Source: Candidatus Woesearchaeota archaeon
GTDB lineage: Archaea; Nanobdellota; Nanobdellia; Woesearchaeales; WAPY01
Direction: 5' to 3'
DNA: 64,000 bases
Assembly (NCBI GenBank): GCA_049700835.1
Contig: JBNAUL010000002.1
Location: 1 to 64,000 of the forward strand
Shown here: positions 39,806 through 49,404 of the stretch, piece by piece
How positions within the stretch are numbered: position 1 is the stretch's first letter
Layout of the letters: each line of letters starts with the position of its first letter
Position numbers and translations under genes: made by a program
The notes under the pieces: generated by a model
Told to the model about the DNA's origin: nothing
Database searches by the model: none
What the model saw: the letters and a program-made list of their open reading frames with translations, nothing else

Positions 39806-40576
39806 ATGGAATCTAAACTTTTATCTTTGTTGATGGAAAAAGAGGAAATAACATGGCAGTCGTTGCTCTACAACATAATAAAAACAGAGAACATGGACCC
39901 ATGGGACATCGATGTTAGTAAACTTACAAAACTCTACATTGAAGCAATAAAGAAAATGAAGGAGCTTGACCTTAGAATTTCTGGAAAGGTAATTCTTGCA
40001 GCAGCGATACTCCTAAAAATAAAATCAACAAAATTAGTTGGAGATAACATTTCTGAGTTAGACAGGTTGTTCTCAACCTTGGAAGAAACAACAGTCGAAG
40101 AAATAGATGATTTCTATCAGGGGCTGTCTTTGAATTTCAACGAATACAACAAAAACAATCTCAACATACCAGCTCTTGTTCCAAAAACTCCTCAGCCAAG
40201 GAAGAGAAAGGTTTCTCTTAAAGATTTGATGAAAGCCCTTGACAAGGCATTGGAAGTCAGAGAAAGAAGAATTCAAAGAAGGATAATAAATGTTGAGATA
40301 AAACTTCCTGAAAAAAAGATAGACATGACAAAAATCATAAGCAATGTTTATAAAAAAATAATCAATCTTTTCAGATTGAACAGCAGAGTAACATTCACTT
40401 CGCTCTTGGAATCAAACGAAAAGTCAGAAAAGGTTTTCACATTCATACCATTGTTGCATTTGTCTCATGTTGATGAGAGAAAAATTGATTTAGTTCAGGA
40501 AAAGCCGTTCGGGGAGATAGAGATAGTCCTTTGCAAAGCTCAAACAAACCAGGAAATAAAAAATGAACTTTCATGA
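39806..40576 (+). CDS. scpA: Segregation/condensation protein A (kleisin)
   Basis: MDPWDIDV…LRISGKVILAAAILLKIKS; C-terminal FIPLLHL…QEKPFGEI. Confidence 0.92.
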   Translation: MESKLLSLLMEKEEITWQSLLYNIIKTENMDPWDIDVSKLTKLYIEAIKKMKELDLRISGKVILAAAILLKIKSTKLVGDNISELDRLFSTLEETTVEEIDDFYQGLSLNFNEYNKNNLNIPALVPKTPQPRKRKVSLKDLMKALDKALEVRERRIQRRIINVEIKLPEKKIDMTKIISNVYKKIINLFRLNSRVTFTSLLESNEKSEKVFTFIPLLHLSHVDERKIDLVQEKPFGEIEIVLCKAQTNQEIKNELS

Positions 40577-40653
40577 TTGTTTCTTAAAATTCTTTTTCTC
40601 TGCAACATGCAAAAACAAAACTTTTTAAAGACGGTCCTAAATTACTTAAAAAT

Positions 40654-41328
40654 ATGGGAATAGAATTGATGGATTTTAACGGAAACCCAAACATTGGACT
40701 ATATTGTTACGCTAACGATGATTACTGTTTAGTCCCGCAAAGTTTTCCTGAAAAATTGGTTAGAAAGATAGAAAAAACCTTAAAAGTAGATGTATACAGA
40801 ACAAACATTGCAGGAACATCTTTTTTAGGAGCATTTCTCTCAGGAAATGAGAACATTCTATTGGTTCCAAAGATAGTGTTTAAGTTGGAAATAGAAAACT
40901 TAAAGAAACTCAAAATAAAACACCAAATTATTGACTCAGATTTGACAGCATTGGGCAACAACATCTTTGTTTCAGAAAAAATAATAATTATAAATCCTGA
41001 TTACAGTTTAAGAGCAGAAAAGAAACTCAAAGAAATTTTCAATTTAGAAGTCAGAAGATTTTATGTTAGAGGTATAAGGACAATAGCGTCTCTTATAAGA
41101 GCGAATAGCCAAGGCGCTGTAATCTCAGATTTAGTGCCCTTAAAAAAACAGGAAGATTTAAAAATTTTGTTGGGAGTTAAGAATATTGAGACTACAACAG
41201 TGAATTTTGGAAACCAAATTATAAGTTCAGGAATTGTGTTAAACAATAAGGGATTAATAATCGGCAGTAAGACAACAGGGCCTGAAATAATGAACATAGA
41301 ATCAGCATTAGGATTTGCAGATTATTAA
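40654..41328 (+). CDS. eif6: Translation initiation factor 6 (aIF6)
   Basis: GNPNIGLY…TALGN…TVNFG…G…TTGPE…IESALG. Confidence 0.92.
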   Translation: MGIELMDFNGNPNIGLYCYANDDYCLVPQSFPEKLVRKIEKTLKVDVYRTNIAGTSFLGAFLSGNENILLVPKIVFKLEIENLKKLKIKHQIIDSDLTALGNNIFVSEKIIIINPDYSLRAEKKLKEIFNLEVRRFYVRGIRTIASLIRANSQGAVISDLVPLKKQEDLKILLGVKNIETTTVNFGNQIISSGIVLNNKGLIIGSKTTGPEIMNIESALGFADY

Positions 41329-41407
41329 ATGCAGCAGATTATTAATTGCAATTTATCGCAGATTATGACTTTTGGCTTATTGCATTTAAGTAAAACAAGG
41401 TGATACT

Positions 41408-41836
41408 ATGAAAGAAGATAAAAACAAAAGAAAGGAAGACAAGGATTTTGAGCAGGAGTATCTAGAGTTTCAAATCATACAGCAGCAGATGCTTCAGATA
41501 CAAGAGCAGATAAAGATGTTTGAAAACCAAGAAAAGGAGCTTATAATGGCTCTCAATGCAATAAAACAATTGCAGAAAATAGAAGGAACGAGCAAGGCGT
41601 TGATACCTGTGGTAAATGGAATTTTCATAGAAGGAGAAATCAAAAAACCAGAGAACTTCATTGTCAATGTCGGCGGAAATATTGCTGTGAAAAAAAACAG
41701 GCAAGAAGCAGAGAATATAATAAACCAAAACATAGTGGAAATGCAAAACTATAAAGAAAAACTGGTTTTGGAATTCAACAAGCTTAACTCAGAGCTTGAA
41801 TCAATAGCAGAAAGAATAAAGAATTTTGAAGAATAA
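41408..41836 (+). CDS. pfdA: Prefoldin subunit alpha
   Basis: Coiled coil - LIPVVNGIF…IVNVGGNIAVKK hairpins - coiled coil; between aIF6 and ftsY. Confidence 0.92.
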   Translation: MKEDKNKRKEDKDFEQEYLEFQIIQQQMLQIQEQIKMFENQEKELIMALNAIKQLQKIEGTSKALIPVVNGIFIEGEIKKPENFIVNVGGNIAVKKNRQEAENIINQNIVEMQNYKEKLVLEFNKLNSELESIAERIKNFEE

Positions 41837-41878
41837 TCATTAAAATATAATTAGGATTAATTAGGATTAGTGGTTAAG

Positions 41879-43447
41879 ATGTTCAAGTTTTTAAGGGAAA
41901 AATTAAAGGAAGCAGTATCAAAATTCTCCAAAAAGGTTGAAGAGGAAATAGACGAGCTAGAAGAAAGTGCAAAAACTTTAAAGGAAATTACTGAAAGCGG
42001 AGAAACAAGGGAAAGGGAAGAGAAGGCAGAAAAAAGAGGGCATGAAAAAGAGCATAAGAAGGAAAAATTCAAAAAATCAGAGGAAAAATCAGAAACAGAA
42101 AAAACAGAAAAGAAAGAGGAAGTTTCTGAGGAAAAAAAGACATTCTTTGACAGAATAAAAGAAAGATTCAGCATAAGAAAGTTTCCTAAAGAAGAAATAG
42201 AAAAAGACCTTGAAAAGGCAAAAGAACTTGAAGAGGAAATAACTGAAGAGAAAAAAATAGAAGAAGATATTATAAATGAAATAGAAGCTGAAAGAGCAGC
42301 AAAGGATGAAACTCCAAAGGTTGCTCAGCATGAAAAAAGAGAAAGAGAAGAAAAGAATTTGGCTGAGGGAAAAAAGAGCCAGAAGAAAAAAAGCGAGGAA
42401 GAAATAGAAAAAATAAAAGAGAGTTGTAAACAAAAAAGTTTCCAAGAAGAAAAACCTGAATTCAAAGAAAAGGAAAAAAGACTTGAAAAAGAAGAAAAAA
42501 AAGAAGAAGTAAGAGAAAAAGAACCAAAAGAAGAAAAGGAAACTTTGGAGCAGGTTGAATATAAGGAAAAGAGTTTTGGCCAAAGAATAAAAGACATATT
42601 CACAAAGAAGGAACTTACAGAACAGCAGTTTGATAAACTATTTTGGGATTTGGAATTAGCACTCTTAGAGAATAATGTAGCGCTTGAAGTTGTTGAGAAA
42701 ATAAAAAAGGATTTGAAAAAGGAACTCGTTGGAAGGAAGCTGTTGAGAGGAAAAATATCACAAGAAGTTGTGAATGCTCTTGACAGGAGCATAGAAGAAA
42801 CCCTTTCAATTGAAAACATTGACATTATAAAACTCATAAAATCGAGTAAGGAAAAACCATTTGTAATCTTGTTTTTAGGAATAAATGGCTCTGGAAAGAC
42901 AACAACAATCGCGAAAATAGCTTATACTTTAAAACAGCACAGAATAACTTCTGTAATAGCTGCTTCTGACACTTTCAGAGCAGCAGCAATTCAGCAGCTT
43001 GAACACCACGCAGCAAATTTAGATGTGAAGCTGATAAAGCATGATTACGGGGCTGATGCAGCAGCAGTTGCTTACGATGCAATAGAATACGCAAAAGCCC
43101 GTAAAATAGATGTTGTACTCATAGACACCGCAGGTAGATTACACTCTAACAAAAACTTGATGGAAGAATTGAAAAAGATAGTAAGGGTTGCAAAACCAAA
43201 CCTAAAAATATTTGTTGGAGAATCAATAACAGGAAACGATTGCGTTGAGCAAGCAAAGACATTCAATGAAGAGATAGGCATTGATGGGATAGTGCTTACA
43301 AAAGCAGATGTTGATGAAAAGGGAGGAGCTGCTCTTTCAATGTCTTACATTACAAAAAAACCAATAATCTATTTGGGCACAGGACAAAACTACGAGGATT
43401 TGGAAGTATTCAATCCAAAAAAAACAGCACAGTCCATTTTGTCATAA
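41879..43447 (+). CDS. ftsY: Signal recognition particle receptor FtsY with long Glu/Lys-rich N-terminal region
   Basis: [36 protein letters not shown]. Confidence 0.96.
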   Translation: MFKFLREKLKEAVSKFSKKVEEEIDELEESAKTLKEITESGETREREEKAEKRGHEKEHKKEKFKKSEEKSETEKTEKKEEVSEEKKTFFDRIKERFSIRKFPKEEIEKDLEKAKELEEEITEEKKIEEDIINEIEAERAAKDETPKVAQHEKREREEKNLAEGKKSQKKKSEEEIEKIKESCKQKSFQEEKPEFKEKEKRLEKEEKKEEVREKEPKEEKETLEQVEYKEKSFGQRIKDIFTKKELTEQQFDKLFWDLELALLENNVALEVVEKIKKDLKKELVGRKLLRGKISQEVVNALDRSIEETLSIENIDIIKLIKSSKEKPFVILFLGINGSGKTTTIAKIAYTLKQHRITSVIAASDTFRAAAIQQLEHHAANLDVKLIKHDYGADAAAVAYDAIEYAKARKIDVVLIDTAGRLHSNKNLMEELKKIVRVAKPNLKIFVGESITGNDCVEQAKTFNEEIGIDGIVLTKADVDEKGGAALSMSYITKKPIIYLGTGQNYEDLEVFNPKKTAQSILS

Positions 43448-43498
43448 AAAGATTAATAAATTATGCATGAAAACTCATGAGAATTAAAACGAATCTTT

Positions 43499-43571
43499 GG
43501 GCCCGTGGTTTAGTGGCTATAACGTGGCCTTTACGAGGCTAAGGTCGCCGGTTCGAATCCGGCCGGGCCCA
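43499..43571 (+). tRNA. tRNA-Val(TAC)
   Basis: GGGCCCG/CGGGCCC acceptor stem, anticodon arm TGGCC-TTTACGA-GGCTA, GGTTCGAATCC T-arm; CCA not encoded. Confidence 0.95.
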
Positions 43572-43690
43572 TAAAAAGATTGAGCAAGATTGAACAAGCA
43601 CATAAAAAATCCAAAAATAATAAAACAATAAACCAATAAAAAAATAAAATATAAAATTTATATTAATCTTATATTAAATCTCATTAATTA

Positions 43691-43761
43691 GCGCCGGTAG
43701 TCTAATGGTAGGACACTACCCTGCCACGGTGGCAGTCCGGGTTCGAATCCCGGCCGGCGCA
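43691..43761 (+). tRNA. tRNA-Gly(GCC)
   Basis: GCGCCGG/CCGGCGC acceptor stem, CTACC-CTGCCAC-GGTGG anticodon arm, GGTTCGAATCC. Confidence 0.95.
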
Positions 43762-43907
43762 TTTAATTCAGCTCTGTTGCATTTTATTCAAAAATCTGCA
43801 TTCGTAGAAAACAATTTTAATCTTAATCTCTTTTCAGCAAAACATTTATTTCAGTTAAATTTAAAAATCACGCAACTTAACCTATTTAAAAAGGGATTTT
43901 TTTCAAA

Positions 43908-44017
43908 GGGCCCGTAGCTCAGACTGGTTAGAGTGCTGGTCTTATATGACAGCATTCCAAACAATCAAATCAATCTAAGAGAACCAGTGGTCCGGGGTTC
44001 AAATCCCCGCGGGCCCA
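43908..44017 (+). tRNA. tRNA-Ile(TAT) with 35-nt intron at 37/38 (43947-43981)
   Basis: GGGCCCG acceptor stem; CTGGT-CT-TAT-A[intron]A-ACCAG; bulge-helix-bulge with central helix CUUA/UAAG. Confidence 0.9.
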
Positions 44018-44137
44018 TTCTACCATTCTACTAATATTACATTCTACTACTATAATACTATATTTTATCACATTTTTATTATTTCTTATATTTTTATGCC
44101 TTTAAAACAAAACTTTATAAATCAATATAACTTCTTG

Positions 44138-44560
44138 ATGCGCATGAAAAATTTAATGTCAAGCAATCTAAGCGAGTTTAAGGGCAGAATAATAATCTGC
44201 GGTTCCTGTATTCCAGGAATTAGTAGGAAAACATTTGAAAAAATAAGAAGAATGTCAAAAAATATTTTCTTCGTATGTCTTGAAGAAATCCATATGAATA
44301 TGGCTGCTCATAAAATAGTTTCAATCTTGAGAAAAGGCAATGTCAAAGAAATAATCTTTGTTACAGTTGACAAATCGCCTCATTGCGTTCAGCTTCATTA
44401 CATAAGAAATGAAATTGAAAAGATAATAAAAACAAGGGAATTTGAGATGAAGAATTTTGTTATATCAGATAATAATTTGGAAGAGATAAGCCCTGAGATG
44501 ATATCGATTTCAAAAAATCTCTGCAAGATAAAAAGTTTGATTAAAAAGCAAAAAAGATAA
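44138..44560 (+). CDS. Cys/His-containing hypothetical protein (possible metal/Fe-S binding)
   Basis: CGSC…CLEEIH…VDKSPHCVQLH; TTTATAAA at 44114 supports a start near 44138/44144. Confidence 0.65.
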   Translation: MRMKNLMSSNLSEFKGRIIICGSCIPGISRKTFEKIRRMSKNIFFVCLEEIHMNMAAHKIVSILRKGNVKEIIFVTVDKSPHCVQLHYIRNEIEKIIKTREFEMKNFVISDNNLEEISPEMISISKNLCKIKSLIKKQKR

Positions 44561-44579
44561 AAATTACTTGCCCAACTTA

Positions 44580-44690
44580 TTACTTGCCCAACTTTTGTTT
44601 TCTCCTTCTCTTTTCCCTTCTCATTCTTTTTCTCTGCCACTTCCATCTCATCTGCCTGCGTTTCTTCCACCTTCTTGAGCTTCTCTTCAT
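44580..44690 (-). CDS. rpl41e: Ribosomal protein L41e (not in ORF track)
   Basis: MKRSSRRWKKRRQMRWKWQRKRMRREKRRRKQKLGK with the MRWKW…KR.RR signature; GGTGA SD upstream. Confidence 0.88.
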   Translation of the reverse strand: MKRSSRRWKKRRQMRWKWQRKRMRREKRRRKQKLGK

Positions 44691-44759
44691 AAAAAATCAC
44701 CTTCAACAAATTTTAACTAAGTTTTTAATTAACTTTTCTTTATTTTTTCTGAAATCAAA

Positions 44760-44876
44760 TGCCTCGGCCGGGACTTTCAGTAACAATTAACTCGGAAATT
44801 GTTATTAATTGTTATTTTGAACCCGGGTCTCAGCCTCGAAAGGGCTGAATGATTGGCCGGACTACACTACCGAGGC
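44760..44876 (-). tRNA. tRNA-Glu(TTC) with non-canonical 42-nt T-loop intron (about position 59/60; 44774-44815)
   Basis: GCCTCGG/CCGAGGC acceptor stem, CAGCC-CTTTCGA-GGCTG anticodon arm, CCGGG-TTCAAA[intron]T-CCCGG; BHB-like UUCA/UGAA helix plus a 10-bp intron stem. Confidence 0.9.
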
Positions 44877-45003
44877 ATAACTGAGGCATAGCTCTATGAT
44901 GTCTATTAATCCTCAGGATTTTATTAGAAGCACTCTTGCTATTTTTAAATTTTTCTTTTATTGCATTCTAACTTTTAAGCAAAGAAAATTCTCAGCCCAA
45001 AAC

Positions 45004-45501
45004 TCAATTCAAAATTGTAATGTAGCAATTCAACAAGCTTGCAAAACTAACCCACAAAAGGTACGGAACAAGCAAATAAGCAGAGATCTTTGATACTTTA
45101 TAAAAAACAAAGATGTTTGCAATTATTAAAAACCAAAGAAATATGATTTCTGCAAAAGCAAACAACGGATTTTTCAAACCAAAAAATAGCAAAGACCACA
45201 AAAAATTAAAGAACAACTGCAGAGAATAAACTGTTAAACACACAGCCTTTCTTATTTTCTTGTTACCACCAAAATTTTTATCCCAAGCAAAATAAAAAGA
45301 AATTCCAATCAATACAAAAAGAATTATCCATACAGGAGCAAAGAGCCAGTTTGGAGGATTAAAAAATGGCTTATTCAAAGCAAGATACCAAGAATTTACT
45401 GATTTGGATGTAAAAATGCTTCCTAAAAAACCAATGATTAATGGAATAAGAATTGATATTATAAATCTTGCTATTCTTGCTACTCTTGGTTTTTTCTTCA
45501 T
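45004..45501 (-). CDS. tspO: TspO/MBR family tryptophan-rich sensory protein
   Basis: WYLALNKPFFNPPNWLFAPVW…NFLWSLLFF…LVPYLLWVSFA. Confidence 0.95.
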   Translation of the reverse strand: MKKKPRVARIARFIISILIPLIIGFLGSIFTSKSVNSWYLALNKPFFNPPNWLFAPVWIILFVLIGISFYFAWDKNFGGNKKIRKAVCLTVYSLQLFFNFLWSLLFFGLKNPLFAFAEIIFLWFLIIANIFVFYKVSKISAYLLVPYLLWVSFASLLNCYITILN

Positions 45502-45515
45502 TTTACAACAAATTC

Positions 45516-45656
45516 TTACGGGAATATTTTTTGATAGGTTAAAACTCCTATGACTCCTATTATTATCCCCAAGATAATACCTGTGAACAAGCCCTTATAG
45601 AATGCGCCTGTTGTTGCATTTATAATCATCTTGTTGAAAAAAGCCCTGCTTGCCAT
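45516..45656 (-). CDS. Small single-TM protein (46 aa, not in ORF track)
   Basis: MASRAFFNKMIINATTGAFYKGLFTGIILGIIIGVIGVLTYQKIFP; GGTGG SD upstream. Confidence 0.6.
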   Translation of the reverse strand: MASRAFFNKMIINATTGAFYKGLFTGIILGIIIGVIGVLTYQKIFP

Positions 45657-45709
45657 AAAACCACCTTTTTTATTTTTTCTTTTATTTTTCTTCTTGCCTT
45701 TTTATCTTT

Positions 45710-46096
45710 TTATATTGTTATAAACTTAGATACAATTTCCCAAATATAAGGAGATGCTGCAACCAAAGCACCCAATATGAATGCATGCCATATCTTAAAA
45801 CCAACACCGAGTTTTCCTGCTAATGAAGCAGCGCCTGCTATTTTTATTGTGGCTATTATTCCAAGAATAACCCTTACAATTAAGTCAAGAGTTAATGTTT
45901 CTTTTAAATTAATTCCTACAATGGAAGCAGCCCAATGGATGTTCATTCCTATGAAAACAAAGATGAACATTGTAGGTAGAGCATGAAATGCATGTTTAAA
46001 CCAAACACCCGGCTCATCCTGATGCACAAAGTATATTTCCAAAAAACCGAGAATTGCACCCATTATAAGTGAGGGTATTATTAAGAGTTCTGCCAT
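45710..46096 (-). CDS. Hypothetical four-TM membrane protein
   Basis: GAGGTG SD before ATG 46096; hydrophobic helices with an HQDE…HAFHA motif. Confidence 0.75.
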   Translation of the reverse strand: MAELLIIPSLIMGAILGFLEIYFVHQDEPGVWFKHAFHALPTMFIFVFIGMNIHWAASIVGINLKETLTLDLIVRVILGIIATIKIAGAASLAGKLGVGFKIWHAFILGALVAASPYIWEIVSKFITI

Positions 46097-46173
46097 GGAA
46101 ACACCTCTTTTATTGTCCTTTACAAACAATTGCTAAAAATTCTCAATATTTAAACTTTTTTGTTTTATTGCGT

Positions 46174-46653
46174 TCAGTTATAGATTTTCACGACTTTTAT
46201 TGTGCAAACAAGTTTTTTCCCAGCCAATGGATGGTTAAAATCAACAATCACCTCTTTTTTAAAAACTCCTTTAATTATCCCAAGCATGGTTTTATTATCA
46301 TGCAAGAGCACAATAGTCTGCCCAACAACAGGCTCATGATTTATTTTCAATAAGTCCTTTGGAACTTTCTTAACTTTGTTTTTATCTCTTTCTCCAAAAC
46401 CGTCTTTTGGGTTTATTACAAATGTTTTTGATTCGTTGTTTTTCATTCCTATCAAAGAGTCCTCCAAGCCCTTTATCGTTTCATAACTTCCAACCTTTAT
46501 CTCAATTGGCTTGTATTCTCTCTCTGAATCAAGAATTCCTGAATTGTCTGCTTCAAAACCTATTGAGGTATCAACCACAATTCCGTCTTCTGTGCTTAGA
46601 GTGTAATCAGCCTTTACCAAAGACCCGTTCTTTACAATCCTTTCCGAAGGCAT
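46174..46653 (-). CDS. FKBP-type peptidyl-prolyl isomerase (SlyD-like)
   Basis: VKADYT…DTS…IKGLEDSLIGM…GFGERD…VDFNHPLAGK. Confidence 0.93.
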   Translation of the reverse strand: MPSERIVKNGSLVKADYTLSTEDGIVVDTSIGFEADNSGILDSEREYKPIEIKVGSYETIKGLEDSLIGMKNNESKTFVINPKDGFGERDKNKVKKVPKDLLKINHEPVVGQTIVLLHDNKTMLGIIKGVFKKEVIVDFNHPLAGKKLVCTIKVVKIYN

Positions 46654-46745
46654 AAGAATTGAATTTTATCTTGCAATATTAAAAACTTTCTAAAAATTTT
46701 TGATTTTCATAAAAATTTAAAAAGAAAAAGAGATAACTGCATTTT

Positions 46746-48026
46746 ATGAAGGTTTATCTTGAAAACTACGGCTGTTCTGCGAACCAAAGCAATGCAGAGA
46801 TTATAAAAGCGTTGCTATCAAAAGAAAAACATTCCATTGTTAAAAATTTTAAAGATGCAGATGCGGTAATAATAAACACATGTATTGTAAAATTGCCTAC
46901 AGAATCAAAGATGTGGAACAGATTGTCTTTTTTTCATTCAATCAAAAAGAAGGTTATAGTGACAGGATGTATGCCCAATGTTTATGCAGCAGAAATTATT
47001 AAAAAATATCCGGACTTTGTCCTTGTTGGAACAAGGAGCATTTTCAAGATAAATGAGGCATTAAAGCTGAGCAGAGGAGCGTTTTTAGAAAATGATTCTC
47101 TTGAAAAGGTAAACGCTGACAAAATCAGAAACAACAGAATTATAAATGTAGTTCAGATATGTGAGGGTTGTTTGGGAAACTGTGCTTACTGCATTGTGAA
47201 ACTTGCAAAGGGCGCTCTGCATTCTTACAAAATGGAGAATATTATTGAAGACATAAAGAAGGGAATAAAACAGGGTTGCAAAGAAGTATGGATAACATCT
47301 CAAGATAATGGTGCTTATGGAATTGATCTTAATGAAAACAAAGAAAAAAAATCAAAGCTTCCAGAACTTCTAAAGGAAATAACTCGCATAAAAGGAGATT
47401 TTTTTATCAGGGTTGGAATGATGAATCCTGACAACATTTTGCCTGTTATTGACAAACTCATAGATGTTTATCATTCTAAAAAAATCTTCAAATTCATTCA
47501 TGTTCCTGTCCAGTCAGGGAATGATAGGGTATTGAGATTAATGCAGAGAAATTATAGGGTAAAGGATTTTGAGTTTGTAATAAACAGATTTAGGAGAGAC
47601 TTTCATAAAATAAGCATAAGCACAGATGTCATATGCGGTTTTCCAACAGAAACAAGAGAGGAGTTTAACGACACGATAAAACTTGTCAAAAAAATAAAAC
47701 CTGATGTTTTGAACATTTCAAAATTTGGGATAAGGCCATACACAAAGGCAGCAGAACTAAAACAGCTTCCAACTCAGGAAGTAAAGGAACGCTCAAGAAT
47801 TCTTACAAGTATTTTCAACAAAATATCCTTAGAAAAGAACAGGGAATGGTTTGGTTGGAAAGGAAAAGCAATAGTGGATGAATTTTCAAATGAAAACAAA
47901 AATTTTGTTGTAAGAAATTATTGTTACAAACCAATTGTTATAACAAAAAAACTTAGCGAAAATTCTTTAGGCAAAATCGTAAATGTCAAAATAAGAGCAT
48001 TCACAAACTCATATTTAATATCCTAA
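46746..48026 (+). CDS. MiaB-like tRNA methylthiotransferase (t6A37, e-MtaB type)
   Basis: YGCSAN, NTCIV, TGC (UPF0004); GCLGNCAYC radical SAM motif; RVGMMNP; C-terminal TRAM. Confidence 0.92.
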   Translation: MKVYLENYGCSANQSNAEIIKALLSKEKHSIVKNFKDADAVIINTCIVKLPTESKMWNRLSFFHSIKKKVIVTGCMPNVYAAEIIKKYPDFVLVGTRSIFKINEALKLSRGAFLENDSLEKVNADKIRNNRIINVVQICEGCLGNCAYCIVKLAKGALHSYKMENIIEDIKKGIKQGCKEVWITSQDNGAYGIDLNENKEKKSKLPELLKEITRIKGDFFIRVGMMNPDNILPVIDKLIDVYHSKKIFKFIHVPVQSGNDRVLRLMQRNYRVKDFEFVINRFRRDFHKISISTDVICGFPTETREEFNDTIKLVKKIKPDVLNISKFGIRPYTKAAELKQLPTQEVKERSRILTSIFNKISLEKNREWFGWKGKAIVDEFSNENKNFVVRNYCYKPIVITKKLSENSLGKIVNVKIRAFTNSYLIS

Positions 48027-48113
48027 ATTGTTTGTAATTTGATTTATAATAAAGAGGTAATGACACCAAAATCTTTATAAGAAAGAACAATTTAGAGAAT
48101 GTGGTGGTTCGTG

Positions 48114-48926
48114 ATGAAATCTGATTTAGAAAAAAGCATCTTGCTGATGAAAAATTACAAAGCAAAGTTCATAATGATTGACGGAATGGATGGGGCTGGA
48201 AAGGGTTATGCTGCGGATTGCATTGCGAACTATTTTGAAAAAAGAGGATTTAAGGTTTACGATTTGAGAAAACTTGAAAATGCAATGGACTACATTCCTG
48301 AATTTGAGCAGATAAAAACATATGATGTTCTTGTTTTTAAAGAGCCTACAACTTGGGGCGTTGGCAAGGATTTAAGAGAAGAAATTTTCAAACAGCATAG
48401 AGACAGGAACTATAATGTAAGCACTCAGGCGATGGCATTTTCAATTCAGAGAGAAATTCTTTATAAGAGGCTGATTATAAAAGCACTTTCCAAAATGGAC
48501 TATGTAATCGCTGAGAGGGGCTTTATAACATCCCTTGTTTTTCAACCATTTTACTCAAAATTCAAGAAAGAAAAACCAGAATTTACTATTGACAAAGTCC
48601 TTGATTTGGAAGGCAATAAACTTGCTATTACTTATATGCCTAACTATTTTTTGATAACTGACTGTAGTGTTAAGGACGCAATGTTAAGGTTAAAATCAAG
48701 AGATAAAAAAGACAACGCTATTTACGAAACCACTGAATTTCAGACGATTTTGAGAGATGTTTATCTTGGAAAAGAGAAGCTGTTCGTTGAGGGCAAGCAT
48801 CTAACATTGAAAAAGTTTCTTGAGAGCAAAGGAAAAATTCAAGAAACAAAGTATTGCATGATTAGCACAGATGGAACTCAGAAAGACACAAAAGAGAGAA
48901 TAGTTAAATTCTTGAAAAGCATATGA
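48114..48926 (+). CDS. tmk: Thymidylate kinase family protein
   Basis: FIMIDGMDGAGKG P-loop, KEPT, IAERGFITSLVFQ. Confidence 0.8.
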   Translation: MKSDLEKSILLMKNYKAKFIMIDGMDGAGKGYAADCIANYFEKRGFKVYDLRKLENAMDYIPEFEQIKTYDVLVFKEPTTWGVGKDLREEIFKQHRDRNYNVSTQAMAFSIQREILYKRLIIKALSKMDYVIAERGFITSLVFQPFYSKFKKEKPEFTIDKVLDLEGNKLAITYMPNYFLITDCSVKDAMLRLKSRDKKDNAIYETTEFQTILRDVYLGKEKLFVEGKHLTLKKFLESKGKIQETKYCMISTDGTQKDTKERIVKFLKSI

Positions 48927-49087
48927 AGTTCTAATAGAACAAAAAAAACCCCTCTTTCCCCAATTGATTAAAATTTCTAAAAAGTATATTTAACTACTTT
49001 TGAGTTTATATTAAAATTTTTATACTTTATCATATAAAGTAATACAAAGTAATACAAAATAAGAGCATTAAAAAAAACAATTCGGAG

Positions 49088-49384
49088 GTGGATAAATTGG
49101 CTTGTCTTATGGAGAAAATATTTGAAGAAAAAGCAGACAAGAAGATAAGAGAACTTGATGACTATCTTAATTGTTGTCCTGAAAACATTGATCCTAAAGA
49201 AGCAAAGATAATTGCATTTAAATTTTTGGGTTATGATTCTGAGAGAAGCACAAGAAAATATGAACCTTATTATAATAAAATTATTAATGAATCAAACAAT
49301 GGAGGAAAAATTAACAAAGAGGAATTCAAGGGAAATCTTGCTAAAGAAATAAGGAATACTTACTCTCCATATTTTGACCTTTAA
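49088..49384 (+). CDS. Hypothetical protein
   Basis: 98-aa ORF with a GGAGGTG SD-like sequence near the start, immediately upstream of gap. Confidence 0.55.
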   Translation: MDKLACLMEKIFEEKADKKIRELDDYLNCCPENIDPKEAKIIAFKFLGYDSERSTRKYEPYYNKIINESNNGGKINKEEFKGNLAKEIRNTYSPYFDL

Positions 49385-49404
49385 ATTTTTTTTAACTTTT
49401 AATC

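Noticed and set aside
42089..42837. Phe/Ser-rich minus-strand ORFs opposite ftsY (similarly opposite rpl31e and ftsZ)
   Set aside because: Antisense shadows of well-supported genes, especially of their GAA/AAA-rich stretches.
44398..44709. 103-aa minus-strand ORF from the track
   Set aside because: Wrong frame; the SD-preceded L41e frame (44580-44690) explains the region.
43499..44876. tRNA-anchored integrated element
   Set aside because: No integrase and no duplicated tRNA 3' end (att site) seen in the window.
46097..46129. Apparent class III signal KRG/VSMAE at the start of the 45710-46129 ORF
   Set aside because: It arises from translating the SD sequence GAGGTG; the likely start is ATG 46096.
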